64,000 nt of DNA from Somniosus microcephalus (lineage: Eukaryota), in NCBI GenBank assembly GCA_052327205.1, contig CM126205.1, forward strand, positions 212,040,001-212,104,000, given 5' to 3'. The notes beneath the pieces were generated by a model. The model was given only the letters and a program-made list of their open reading frames with translations. It did no database searches and had not been told where the DNA came from. Positions 26,799 through 39,358 of the stretch are shown one piece after another; the stretch's first letter is position 1, and every line of letters starts with the position of its first letter. The translations under genes and the position numbers were made by a program.

Positions 26799-27492
26799 TC
26801 TATATATATAAAGGAATCGTTCTGTCTGTCTATCTGTCTGTCCTTCTGTCTGTCTGTCTGTCCTCGGGTGTGCGTCTGTCCGGCTATGCGCTCGAAAGTT
26901 ATACGGCGTACCTACGCGCGCATTACCTCCGAAGAAAGCTGACGCTGGTAAGCGTATTTACTTTTCGGTCGGACGAAAATTGTTCGCGCCTTATGCAAAA
27001 AACCTTCAAAATTAAACTCATTATCTGCTAGCATTGATTGACTGACGTCAAGGTTCGACCAATCCTGTGCCGTCACGATTGACCAATCCTACAGTACGGT
27101 CCCCTGATGGTTGGCCAATCGGTGTGTGTGTGTGTGTGGGCGGGACTAATCGTTTTCATCTCGGGGATCTGGCAGCCATTGTTTCAGTGCCATGACTTCA
27201 GCTTCCAGCTCAAACTACTTTGAAAGTTAGTATCTCTTTTAAAAATAACATAAGATTTACCAAAAACGTTTTATAAGTACTTTCACTTTCATCTTTCAAG
27301 GTATTAAGTGTGTGTGTGGGCGGGACTAATCGTTTTCATCTCAGGGATCTGCCAGCCATTGTTTCACAAAGGGACACAGACAGGGCCCCAAAGCCTGGCA
27401 CTCGATTTAAACCGCCCGGCCCAAAACAGCCCTGGCAAAGCCGGGCTCCCCAGCCCAAAACAGCCCTGGCAAAGCCGGGCTCCCCCAGCAAG
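26799..27492 (+). mobile_element. Non-autonomous Helitron (694 bp) inserted in the 3' LTR
   Basis: Inserted between A and T of LTR TCTGTA|TCTTATT with no TSD. Starts TC(TA)n. Ends with hairpin GCCCTGGC-AAA-GCCGGGC followed by CCAGCAAG (CTAG-like). (TCTG)n lies near the 5' end. Confidence 0.85.
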
Positions 27493-27684
27493 TCTTATTA
27501 TACACGGACGTAACAGATACTACATTAAGGAACCCATTTTGTTCGCTGAAACTGATGGTTTGTGTGACTGCCTGCATATTGAATTTAGCTTTTTGCTGCT
27601 CTAGAGGTTTCTATTAACACTTTTCTGGCATATTTAATCAGCACCATAGAAAGTACAGGTTACGACTGGAGACTTGTTTTCCCA

Positions 27685-28030
27685 ATGGGAATTGCTCTAA
27701 TTCTATGTTTTGAAGAGGCAGATGATGACAATATGGAAGAGTCTAAGTTGGAGGTATTAAGAGTGAGACATCACAGAACATATTTGGTTCCAATATATGG
27801 ATACCCACTCCACATGACTTATAGACCTAGAAGGACTTACTTAGATTTCTCTGGACGTCACTACCTTAGAAGGATTTCCTTCCCTTCCTTTCCCTCGAGG
27901 CAATTAGGGAGATATGTCAGCTGCTTACTGAAGACCTACAGCCCACTTACATAAGAGAACAGCATTGTCTGTACTTGTCAAAGTCATTGCTGCTTTGAAT
28001 TTCTTTCTAATTGGATTGTTCCAGGCACCC
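27685..28030 (+). pseudogene. Degraded PIF/Harbinger-like transposase N-terminal remnant
   Basis: YRPRRTYLDFS..HYLRRISF and SVLVKVIAALNFFLIGLFQ resemble recalled Harbinger transposase motifs (L.V.VKV..ALNF..SGSFQ). Frameshifted. Confidence 0.6.
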
Positions 28031-29264
28031 TGCCACCCTCACAAAGTCCTTTCAAAGACTTCTGCCTATTCCCTTCATAAGATAGAAGTCCAAATTTTAC
28101 ACACCTTGATCCAACTCCAAAAAGTTGCAAGCATGCACAGAAATCGACTCTGAGGTCTATGTGGTCAAGTTATGTTTACTTTCCAGCACAACATTCACCA
28201 AAAGATGGCAAAATTCTATAGATGACTGGTTCTAACTGCTGCCAGCTACTATTGCTGTATCTCCTAATCTACTACTTCTATGAGATACTCCTTGGGTGAG
28301 ATGAGGTACAGCGATGGTTGGCTGGGTAAGTGCCCCTGGAGCCTTAGATCCCTGAGGGGACTTACATTTCAGGGAAGTAGCTGTCCCAAAGGGACCAGCA
28401 TCCAAAGCCTTTCTCTTGCAGTGTTAAGGACTGCCAAGCCCCTGTCTGAACCTCTCTCATGTGCAGGCTTTGGAGCGGGCTTTGAGGAATTAGGCGTATT
28501 GCCAATCATTGGAGAGACAGTGACATCTGTGATTACTCTTTGCAGCATGCTGGTGCAGGGCACAGGCTCTGATGTGCTAATGGTCAGTCTGATGGCAAAT
28601 CTAATAGTCCCAATCAGGTCTTGGAAGCCCTGTGAACTGGTGCTGTTCAGATTAACCCTCAAGGCATGTATTAAAGCAATGGTAACTGCCACTCCCAAAG
28701 CCACCAATGTCTTTAATGCCTCTGTCTGGCACTTTGCTGTTGCAGAAACCTCATGAACTGTCACTAGGGTTTTTCTGCATAGCGTGAAAAATTTCCTGCA
28801 AAGTGTTGCAGATGCCTGTAATGAATCCTCCTGCTTCTTCATCATCTCAACCATATGCATGGAAACCCTTTCCACTGTCTGCACATGAGAGCAATACTCC
28901 CTTAGCACTGTTCTTTTGAAGACTGGGCTCTGAGATCTGGGACTCCTTGGCTTCGGGCAGTTCTTTCTCCACTATATGTGGAGGAATGGTACTCTCCCTT
29001 TCTTCCACTTCCAGGTCCTTACTAATTCTCAGTGCTTCACCTAGTGAAAACCTTTCTGACTCTTTAAATATTTCCCCTGAATGGGTGCCTCTGGACTGGT
29101 GCTGGAGTAGGTGAGAAGCCATGTCGGAGTTGATGAGGATGTGGCAGAAGTTATGTATCTGGACATGGCAGCAGGTGCGGATCTGGAAGTCCCTGGGCGG
29201 TAATTTCAGTGGCTGGCCTCTTCCTCCAAGGCACTCCCAATGATGTCAAAAACAGAAAAGCTTA

Positions 29265-29558
29265 TTTCACAGAATCTACAGTGCAGATAGAGGCCATTTT
29301 GGCCCATCGAGCCTGCACCGACACATATCCCCGTAACCCCAAGTATTTAATCCCCTAACACTAAGGGTCAATTTATCATAGCCAAATCAACCTAACCTGC
29401 ACATCTTTGGACTGTGGGAGGAAACTGGAGCACCCGGAGGAAACCCATGCAGACACAGGGAGAATGTGCAAACTCCACACAGACAGTCACCCGAGGCCGG
29501 ATTTGAACCCGGGTCCCTGGCGCTGTGAGGCAACAGTGCTAACCACTATGCCACCGTG
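29265..29558 (-). mobile_element. HE1-type V-SINE
   Basis: Reverse complement of the SINE at 18270: TCTTTGGACTGTGGGAGGAAAC...GGAGAATGTGCAAACTCCACACAGAC...TGCTAACCACTATGCCACCGTG. Confidence 0.92.
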
Positions 29559-30544
29559 TGTGCCACTGTATTTAGCTGTGCCACTGTGATATTTACCTTG
29601 AAGAAATAGTGGCTAAGTGTAAGGGCACTGCAATACTTTCAGAAAACACATGAAGCTGACACTACCTGTCCCAGCCTTGCCCAGACTTTATCAACCTTCC
29701 CTTGCCACCTCACCTCCAACCTTACAATCTCTCACAGACTTTCCTGTCTGTCTACCTATTATCTGCTGCTCCTTCAGACATCAAGAGCTATCCAGCTAGT
29801 CTCATTCTCCAGCCAAACCCCTGGTTCTTATTACATTTTTATTTTTCAAAGTATATCCAATTCCCCTTTAAAAGCAATTATGTATTATAGATTCTGAAAA
29901 AAATCTTCAGCTCCTGTAGGAGTCATTACTGTTTAAATGAAGGTAGTCAATCCCCTGCAGGATCACATATCTTAGCGCTGGCAAGGTCTGGGGCCTTTTC
30001 TGGTGCCTCAGCAGGAGCAGCTCTCAGCTGGAGAGAGTTCCGCTGAGACCTTTTAACGGTGTAAAAAGCGAAATTCTTGGAGTAGTCTAGGAACCCCCGG
30101 GTTCCACCCACTTGATATAGAGGACAGATGGAAAAGCCATCATCAGCTTTCTCAACAGAAAATGGCAAAAAGAAAAACACAGTGCAGAGCCAGGCACTCA
30201 CCACATCTTCCGGACCCTTGTCAGGCAATCCTCCCAGGGTGCCATCATAATTTTGAGCCCTCAGTTTTTTTCAAATGAGCAGGGTTGCCTTACAACAGTT
30301 GAGCAGCTTTCCTGAGTACAAAAGGAAGGAAGGATTACTGGAGAGGCATTATACAGGTAACTCCTGGAATGTGATCTAAATATCTTACCTTGCTGCTTTG
30401 GTAAGAGAAACAATATATTAAATAGCAGGAGAATCCATGAACTTATTGGGCCAGCTGGATGCAGTGTAAGAGGAGAGGAATTTGGGAGATCAGGTTCACA
30501 AGACATTTAAAGCAGTATTTCAAGTAGATAAGATGATTAAAAAT

Positions 30545-31083
30545 AAAACTAATGGAATACTGGGATTTATGGCAAGAGGTATAGGACATAAAAGTCAGGA
30601 TGTGCTGGTGAATTTATATAAAAACATAGGCTAAATTTGGAGTACAATGTGTAGTTTTGGGCTCCATACAATAGGAAGTATGTTGAGGCAATGGAGAGGG
30701 TACAGAGCAAATTCACTAGGGTGCTGCCTGGGTATGAGGAAATACAAATACAAAGGATGGGACACAGTAGATAGAAACAAACTGTTCCAGTGATTGAGAT
30801 GATAAAAGATTAAATGTAAGACGTTAGGACAGAGAGCAGGAGAAACTTGCCTTACACAGAGGGCTGTGAGGCTGTGGAATGCACGACCATAGTCATTGAA
30901 GCAGAGATCGCATCAACATTTAGAGTAGTTTAGGTAGGTGTTTGAAGAATAGGGAAATAAAGGAATATAGGAATAGGACAGGCACATGGGTTTAGGGCTA
31001 CTACTCGTGTGGAGGACAAACACCAACACAGACTGGGTGGGACGAATGGCCTGTTTCTGTGTTGTAATTTATATGTAATTCTA
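30545..31083 (+). mobile_element. Old, degraded CR1 3' fragment
   Basis: Decayed similarity to the other CR1 3' ends (GCAATGGAGAGGGTACAG, CTGTGGAATGCAC, GACGAATGGCCTGTTTCTGTG). Confidence 0.7.
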
Positions 31084-31280
31084 AAAAGAACCTTACAATG
31101 TCTGATAAATGATTTACCAGTTTTATGTGTGACACTCCTTCTAATGCATTTTTATGAGTTTTTATATTCCTTACTTAATGTATTCTCATGTTCTTATTCC
31201 TGGTTCACTGATGTTGACAGCTATTTTAGGCAGCAAAGCCTTTTGGCATTGAAAGCCTTCTGCTAGGGCTTAAGTGTGTG

Positions 31281-31321
31281 TAACATAGGAACAGGAGTAG
31301 GCCATTCGGCCCCTCGAGCCT
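31281..31321 (-). mobile_element. ~40-bp CR1 3'-tail-only insertion
   Basis: ATAGGAACAGGAGTAGGCCATTCGGCCCCTCGAGCCT is the near-exact reverse complement of the CR1 tail at ~26603-26639. Confidence 0.8.
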
Positions 31322-31880
31322 AAACGGGCTGTAACCTAGATGCTCAAGTGAAGCATCAACAATTTTCAAGTGATAAAATGAGTGATGCAGTGCGACAATG
31401 CAACAGTACCTTCTTGAATTATGTGAAATAATGTTTCAAGTTAAAATGTTATAATACCTAAAATCTTGATCTAATGTGTAGTTAAGATTAATGTGCATTA
31501 TATAAAAGCCACATTTTAATCCCATCCATTTATATGAATAGTGGAATGACGCAGCAGCAAGGATTGTGTGTGAAAAAGATGAAGAGAGTATATATAATAA
31601 ATATATATAGATACACACACAGACACATATATATACACATACCTGGACAGACAGGAAATGTGAGTGACATGGATGAATCAAGGATTGTAGCTATTACTAT
31701 TTCTGTTTTTCCTAGCCATTTTAAGATCACTAAAAATAAACCTAATTTGCCAGTGTGAAATATTACTTTATGTTGCTCTCTCTTCACTTTAAAATGGCTC
31801 AAGAAGAAAAGGATTAAGGGTACTCTATTATTCCTTTCTTGCTCTAAAATTATTCAAATTAACCCAATCATAGATATAAT

Positions 31881-34800
31881 GGCCTGGGTTTTATGCTGCT
31901 CTCTGCCAAGGGCAGAGTGGGGGGCATAAATCCACATGGGGACACGCTCCGCTAACTCCAGGCCTTTTTATGTATCCCTCCTGATTTACGCCGGCAGTTA
32001 CGCCGGGAGCCCGAAGCGCCTGCCCACTGTCCAGCAAAGCCCGCAAATAAGGCTGTTGCGGCAGTTTGATGTCACACATCACAACTTTTTCCCAGATGCC
32101 ACTCTGACGGCCTGAATGAAACAGGCTTTCCCCCTTATCAAGATGCACTGAGTAAAGGGAAAAGTGGTGTCATTGTTAACTAAAGCCACAACCACAGAGT
32201 GTTGTCAGTCGGAACATTACAACTCTTTCTTAAATGCTTTTCTTTAACACTCTTTTTCTGGGAAGTCAATCCGTCAGCCAAGGAGAAGGCTCTGCAGTGA
32301 GTTTATCCCAAGCATCTCCTCTCCCTCCTCACAAACCACTGCAGCACCTGCAAGGCGATCACTTTCCCCAAAGGGATTCTCCTATTCCTGGCTGCAATGG
32401 AAGATGAAGAGAGTAAACAACAGAAAGAAAGGAGGAGAATGCAGCTTTACCAAAGCGTATGATCGCCTCCTTGCTGTACTCAGCTACAAGAAAGTAACAA
32501 TACCATTAGAGTTTCAGAAACCTTACCCAGGAGCAGTGTGTCAAGAAGCTTTGCTTTACCCAAGGAAGCAATCCAGGAACATTGTGATACGTTGCGCTTG
32601 AACCTCAGCCCCACTTCCTGAACTTCAACTACCTTCCCTGTGGCAGTAAAGGAAACATTAGCCATCATTTTTTATTGCCTCAGGTTTATTCCAGGCTGGC
32701 AACGGGGACGCTAGTAATGAGAACACACACTCTGTAGCAGCTAGCCACAAAACCCGACTCATGACTCTGGGTGGGAAATTGACGTATGATATATCAAACT
32801 ACCACTCGCTACACTACCAATTACTGTTCACCAATATGGTGCATCCTGTTCATGCCTCTATGCATTCCTCTAAATGCTCCTAACCTCCTGTCTCTTGTTG
32901 GTTCCCCACTAAGCTTCCCTAGTGCTTGGAGATGGTGAGGTGGTTGGCTGCCCAGCAATATCATGTACCTCTTGGTCCTGAAGCGGCCTTCCTTTCATGT
33001 TGCCTATGTCCTACAATTGACCAGTATGGTTTCTGTAACTGCAGACCTTCGATCTGGGCAGCTTGACATTGCCACGAGTATGTCCCCTATGGTGACTCAT
33101 CAGATGTGTTGCTTGCTATACTGTCCTGAGTGACATTATGATCAACCAATCAGCTCCCTGCCAATGCACTGGCTCATGGCATTGCCTCTATAAGGCCAAT
33201 GGACTGAGAGACTGTAGTCACAATGGTCCATGAAAGTTCAGTGAAACCATGGCTAATGGCTCTCTTCATCCTGTTACCAACTTCCAATAGGCCTGTGGAG
33301 AAGCCTCATCACCCAAGGTCTACATGACAGAATTAAGGCTTGCCACACAGCATCCTGCTTCTGACCCTTGAGCCTCTTTAATTGTGGTGTCCTCTGCAGG
33401 CATACTGGGAGCAGCCATTTGATCAAGGAATGCCTCCAGTACTCTGAATCAATCCATCATGGTTGGACCCATGTCAGCCGTGGACTCCTCCAACTGAGCT
33501 GACAAGTGCTGAACATGGTGGGAAACCAGCCTTGAAGCCTCCATATAGGTTTGATGCTCTGTGAGTATCTGTCTCTTGAAGGTCACGCCCGCAAGATCTG
33601 GGTCCAACGGTTCCTGAGGGCTTCTGTCGCTTTACCCTCTGGCCAGGAACTGCAATATAATTTTCTTCCTTGTCTCCCTCCTCCTGACAACTCAGTGTAT
33701 CACACAATGCTATTCCTTGCTGGAAACTATCTAGTGGCCCCTGAGTGCATGTCCCATGCTGTGCTTGGCCAGGAGAAAGTGCATGATGGCGGTGGAAGCT
33801 GGTAAACTTCCTCCACATCCTCTTCTTCTTCCTTGCCACTGCTTTTTGCAATGCCAGGTGGCACAGGGCAAGAAGAGGGAGGTAAAATGACAATGTGACA
33901 TGCAGGCTTATCTATTGACTTGCACAATAGGCCTCAGCTTGATTGTGCTGTGAAATTTGCTTTTGAATTCTATATAAGCAGCACCAGGTGGAGAGTCTGG
34001 GAGTAATTTGATGAACTTTGAACTGGCACCTGCCCTCACACTTCAGCATCACCTACACCTTCAGCCATGGGCCCTCCCAGGATTTCTATGGCCTCCTCTA
34101 AAGACGCTGTAGGTTCACTTGCCCACTTCCAGTTGCCTTATTTTCCCTCAGGTAGTGGAACATCTTTTTTACCTGCAAGCGTAATGTAGGATATGTGACA
34201 AACATAATGGTGTTTCATCCTACTTAGTGCTGGACATGCTGATCATTCAAGTGAGTGAGTAACGATTTTTGTAATAAGTAACATGGCCAGTTTCAAGTGG
34301 GAGCAGGCAGACAGGTCTGAGGGACACATGGTGTGGGTAATGTGGTGGGGAAATTGGGAAAGTACTGAAGGCATTTCAAAAAGTTCTGAAGTGTCCAGTG
34401 GCTAAGTAGTGGGGAGCCTACACGCCTGGCAGCACAAATGTTTACGTTGAGCTTCAAGCGCCCACTCTTACATAACCCATCCTCTTCGGGTTTGTTGCAC
34501 TGAAACAGTTGACCACGAGGTTTTGGATGAGTCATTCAAAGTCTGTGACACCTCCCTCCAACATGTTGCCACTACCAATCTCAAAGAACTTCTTTACCTG
34601 TCCACAAAAAGGGTTTCCCTCCTCTTTCTGACTTCCTGAAGGATCACCTGTAGCTGCCCAACAGTGAACTTGTTTGAGAGGCATCCCATTTGTACCCTTG
34701 AAGCCATTCCTTAAAACCTTGCATTTCTCTCCTGCTCTTTTCCTTCTCTCCAGGTTCCTCATTGAACTCTTATGCAGCACAGTCTGAACACAGCCTTCTT

Positions 34801-35069
34801 CTTTTCTTTCTGTCTTGTTACTCTTCCTCCAAATACAACTACAAACTCTCAGGAAACTCCACAGATGATCCCAGTCCCAGCGGGACTTTAAGTCTTGCTG
34901 CAATACTATGACATCCACCTTCATAGTGCCCATGCCCAATCTTGGGTGGATCTCCCATCAGGGTCCAACCTTGCTCATGCAAGTGAACTGACCCCGAAAA
35001 ACACAGTGGGATCAGTGGCACACATGTTGGGCGGAAGCCACTACATCAGCCTTGAGGAAATCCCAGGCT
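31881..35069 (+). mobile_element. Putative degraded Harbinger-like DNA transposon
   Basis: Imperfect TIRs GGCCTGGGTTTT / AAATCCCAGGCT (10/12). Frameshifted transposase remnant at ~32400-32710 (LTQEQCV....F.KEA; FPVAVKE.LAI.F..SGLFQAG.GD). Confidence 0.5.
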
Positions 35070-36955
35070 AGCGTGTATATTTATATAAACAGCAATCAAC
35101 CTTGTATCTACTACCTGCAGCACACCCTATTCAAACTAATGCATGGGTCTCTGCTTGTGAAGGGGTTATGCCTAATAGTATCATACAGCACTTAAATGGT
35201 CTGTTTTTAAATACTTTGACTACTTTAAGTCTGCAGTTCAGTTTCTTCTCTACCCAATGTGCTTTTATGTTGATTTTTAAGTAAATGTAAAGAAATTTAA
35301 AATGACAATGATGGAATATAAAAATTCTCACCACGATACACATTTTGGCTGAGGCCACCTTCCATGACTCTGTTACCAAGCCTTAGGTTTAATTTGGTGA
35401 GTTATTTTAAACTAATTCAATTTTGCAGGATTCTTAAAAAAAGAATATGCTGATGATGGTGCACTGCAAGAGTTATTAAAATATTTATAGTTCCCAGACA
35501 CCATCTCCCTTCAAGAAGTGCAAGTATACCGATTTCCATGTTTCCAATCTCCTACAACCAACATCCGCAGCAGGTTATTTACTTTTATGGCACAATACAC
35601 ACCCTATTTACCTTTCTTTGTTTCCCTTGTGTCTAAGCCAGAAATGTTTAATTAATCATATCAACATGACATACTTCCACATTAAAAATGCTACTCATTT
35701 CCCCTGAAGGAACTGAGTACAATTTGAACAAACTAGAATGACTGAAGATAGGCTCGTACTTAATTCAGAACCTGCTGCTTGTTAGAAGGATGGATACCTT
35801 TTAGTAGTTGCATGTCCCAGATCAATATGGTCTTAAAGAACTGAAGTAACTACCAGAAGTGTCAGAAATAATTCTTTTGGGGATCTATGTGTTTTAACTT
35901 GAACTGGAGTGCAGTGAGGACTAGGAAAACAGAAATTGACAACATGAAATATGGAATAAGATTGATTGTGGTAAGTTACAAATGACTGATTTGCTAGGTT
36001 CAGGAAACAAATGGCTTAAGTTTAGGCTAGAATGTCTTTTGATCCAGGTTTCAGTGTTATGCAGCTAACTTGGTAGGTTTAATGATTTGTTGGTATTTCC
36101 AAAAGCTTCTCTCAGCAATACATTGCTAGATAAACATTTATGGAAATAAACCAGCACACGTGGTATTGGTTGCCTTGTGATGCTTTCCATTTATGCAATG
36201 CCTCTGCACTACTTTAAGTAATTTTTTTGAAGTATCTCAATTTTGTGTGTCAGTTTTGCACCACACTTGGGTGCACAGTTACTGCAAGGTATGTATGAAT
36301 CTCTACATATGACTGGTGTTCACATCAAATATTTTGGCATCTTGAGAAATCATGTCTATTCTTCTGTGATGCAAAGCAGAAACCATAAGGTGCTGGGCAC
36401 TGGTGCATATTGTAGAAGTAACATTTTTGCAGAACTGATCATTTCCTAAACTGGAGTTTAATTTGTGTTAGGAATGATGGAAGTGATTGTCTGACTGTTC
36501 ATATCAATGAATATTTATAAGCTCAACATGATTGCATTTCTGTTTGGCAGTGTTTAGTCATTTGATTTGCTTTAATTATGGTGAGTAAAGGTCAAATAGC
36601 TGCGTCAATGTAATGTTACTGCCCAGTTTCCTCTTTCAGTTAAACCTGTGTGCATCTCTGATGTGTGCAGATCTCTGATATATGCAAATTATCTCCAGGT
36701 CCCTATTCCTCTGTCATAAATATACACTTTGCCTCTTAATAGGAAATCTGATTATAGCTGACATTTTTGTCCTATAACCTACAGCATATAACAAAGATCC
36801 ACCGTATATACATCAGTTTGTATAAAAAATGTTCCCTTGTGAGGGTGTTTCTTTCTGATAGTTCAGTTTCTGGTGCTACAAAATTGTGCTTGCCCGTAGT
36901 AATTACATTTTCATTGTACCATTGCCAAAGCTTTTCAGTAAGGATTTCAATTTTT

Positions 36956-37781
36956 TGTCATAAGTTAATGCTAAAAATATATTATACCGGAAGTGATTAT
37001 GAAAGTAATTGCATCATCTGATTACTCACTGCATCATTGCATATTTTGTGTCTAAGCATGTTTCTCGGTGCTGACATCGCTGTATAATATTTGAGTCCCC
37101 AAAGCCTTTCTGGAATACTAGTGAATTCCCAGTGGTGTTGCCCACAGTACATAAGTTTTTCATATATATATAAAATGGTGATGGAGTTGGGACCAAATCT
37201 TCAGAAACTCGGTCCACAGAGCCACCTAGTGGACACGGACTACACCGTGACAGTTGACGTAGCAAAATCAAATGTGAAATGTTGACATAGCAATTTACAA
37301 TGTTAAAAGTTGACAGAAAAGCGTGACCAAAATTCATGAAAACAAGAAGTACGTTTTGTGGACTGACACAAAAAATTTAATAATATGTATTATTACGTAT
37401 GTAAGGATAGGCGCATATAGATTAGTAAATAGAATGAGCTAGTTGGCATTATATAGAATTATATAATATTGAGCTAGTGTACTTAGGTTAAAACACACTT
37501 CAGAAAGATACATAGATGTAGCAGACAGACTTTTAGCACAACAGGGGGAAACTTCTATCTAGTCTGGCTGAGGCTAGTAAACACAGCCAAGATGGCATGC
37601 TTGCAATCTCTTGAAGGAGTTCTTGATATGTGAGTATCATTCGTACCTATATTTCATATACACTGCATGTAAGGGGTTGTGTATTATTATCTCATTGACT
37701 GGATTTAATAAAGAGTATTAACCAGACTTGTCAGTGTTTCCTAATCCTTGAACTTGTATTAGAGGCAAAGGACTTATGACA
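36956..37781 (+). mobile_element. Possible solo LTR
   Basis: Terminal inverted repeat TGTCATAAGT...ACTTATGACA, with AATAAA ~70 bp from the 3' end. No TSD found. Confidence 0.35.
37219..37232 (-). promoter_or_regulatory. CTCF motif
   Basis: The minus strand reads CCACTAGGTGGCTC, close to the core CCASYAGRKGGCRS. Confidence 0.55.
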
Positions 37782-39358
37782 ATATCCTATAATACCTCCA
37801 CATAATGGCAATTGGGATATATGACAATATTCTATATAAACCCAACAATGCGCAACAGGAAAGGCGTTGCAGGTTCATCAATCCCCACTGCAGACATTCT
37901 AATTTTAGTCAAAACATGTAAGCTGTTTCTCAATGGGGTGCCTTAATGCTTTACTGTTGCCTTGCACTAAATGAAAGAGTTTCTGCAAAAGTGGTGATGT
38001 AATTCCAAAGTCGGGTCCCCTCTGATCCTGGAGTGTATGGATTGAAACTCCAGTGTGGTGTCCAGCCGAGTTTAAAAAGCGCTGAGGGATTCCGTTTACC
38101 TGTGCATATAATAAACTGAAGGAGAGTTGTTTTTAATGCTTTGAGAGTTTGGGAGCACCTGCCCACTTTCAAAACGTTTCAACTTTAATTTCTGGCAGCA
38201 GAGCCATGCATATACGTGTAACCATGCCTGCACACGGTGCTCCTGGCAGCACGAATGTTGATTTATAGTCGTGCATAGTCCACAGTAGAACTCCGATGCT
38301 CCCAGTGCAACTATCAATCCCAGACCATTAATGTCGTAAAACTGCAGTCCGTGTCTCAGTGAAAGTGAACAGAATTTCAGACAGATTAACTTTGCAAAAG
38401 ACTTTCTGGGAGTTTGGGACTTGTTACTTCATTGGGAACACATCAGCTATAGTTTCAGTGTCATGTGTTTCAGTGACCAATGAACATGAGTGCCCTTTTG
38501 ACTGGTCGGTGTGATATTAACCACTGTCACTCAGAGTGTGTCGTGCATCGGACAATTTTACAGAAAGCACAAGTTCGTACCCATATTGCAGAAAGTCTTC
38601 AGGCTTCTGTGGGATACAGAAAAGTTGGTCTATAATCCAGGATGTCAGTAATTGTAGGAGTTTTGCATTGTCTGGCAGTTAAATTGGTTTGGTAAACGTG
38701 TCTTGTTCTTTCATTCCCATAAAACCTCACTTCCAACAGACCTCATCATAATATGTAATTAAGCACAAATAGGCAGTTCTAAAAAAAATAAGAATTGTTA
38801 CAGAGAATTATGGCCCTTATTGTTGAATCTTAGTGTTGCAGCAAAGAAACAGCCCATTCAGCCTATTAAGTCTGTGCACTGTTTTTCTTTCCATGAGCCA
38901 CCTAGAGAGCCTTCACACTGCAACATTAACCTTGATCATTACTTCAAAGTAAACCAAGAACGTCTGACCAGATGACATTAATAGAAATGAATGAGAAGTA
39001 AATTTTGAACAGACACTAGGAAAAACGCCTTTACTCAAAGAATGATAATTTGCATTATTTAAAATACAATTGGTTATCATGTTGGGGAATCAATGTACTA
39101 GAGGGATGAGCTAAATAGCCTTTTTCATTCTTTGACTTTTCTTAAATTCTTAATGAAACTAAGTTTCTGTAAACAACAAGGCAAGGTTATTTAACACTTT
39201 ATTATATATCGACTTATTGTTTTTAAAATTCTCAAATTCTAAGTCTAAAAAAATGTTCAAATGAAAGCATGTGTGTGGCACTAATCGGGGCTTGGCATTA
39301 ACTGGAAATAATCATTTTCCCCTCCACAAGAATGTGCTTCTATGAATTTAGAGTGACA

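Larger units (their letters stand above)
18154..27515 (+). mobile_element. Full-length Gypsy/Ty3 (Mag-like) LTR retrotransposon with nested insertions
   Basis: TG...CA LTRs at both ends. 5-bp TSD GATAC at 18149-18153 and 27516-27520. PBS-like TGGCAACGAG at 18663-18672, PPT AAAAGGGGAGGAA just before 23289. Domain order gag-PR-RT-RH-IN. Confidence 0.95.
23289..27515 (+). repeat. 3' LTR (193 bp net: 23289-23318 + 26659-26798 + 27493-27515), split by a CR1 and a Helitron
   Basis: The three pieces rejoin into a copy of the 5' LTR, with 6 substitutions and 1 single-base indel by eye. Confidence 0.93.

Noticed and set aside
28280-29122. Host protein-coding gene (ORFs of 158-179 aa)
   Set aside because: No recognisable domain or splice structure; the context favours decayed transposon sequence.
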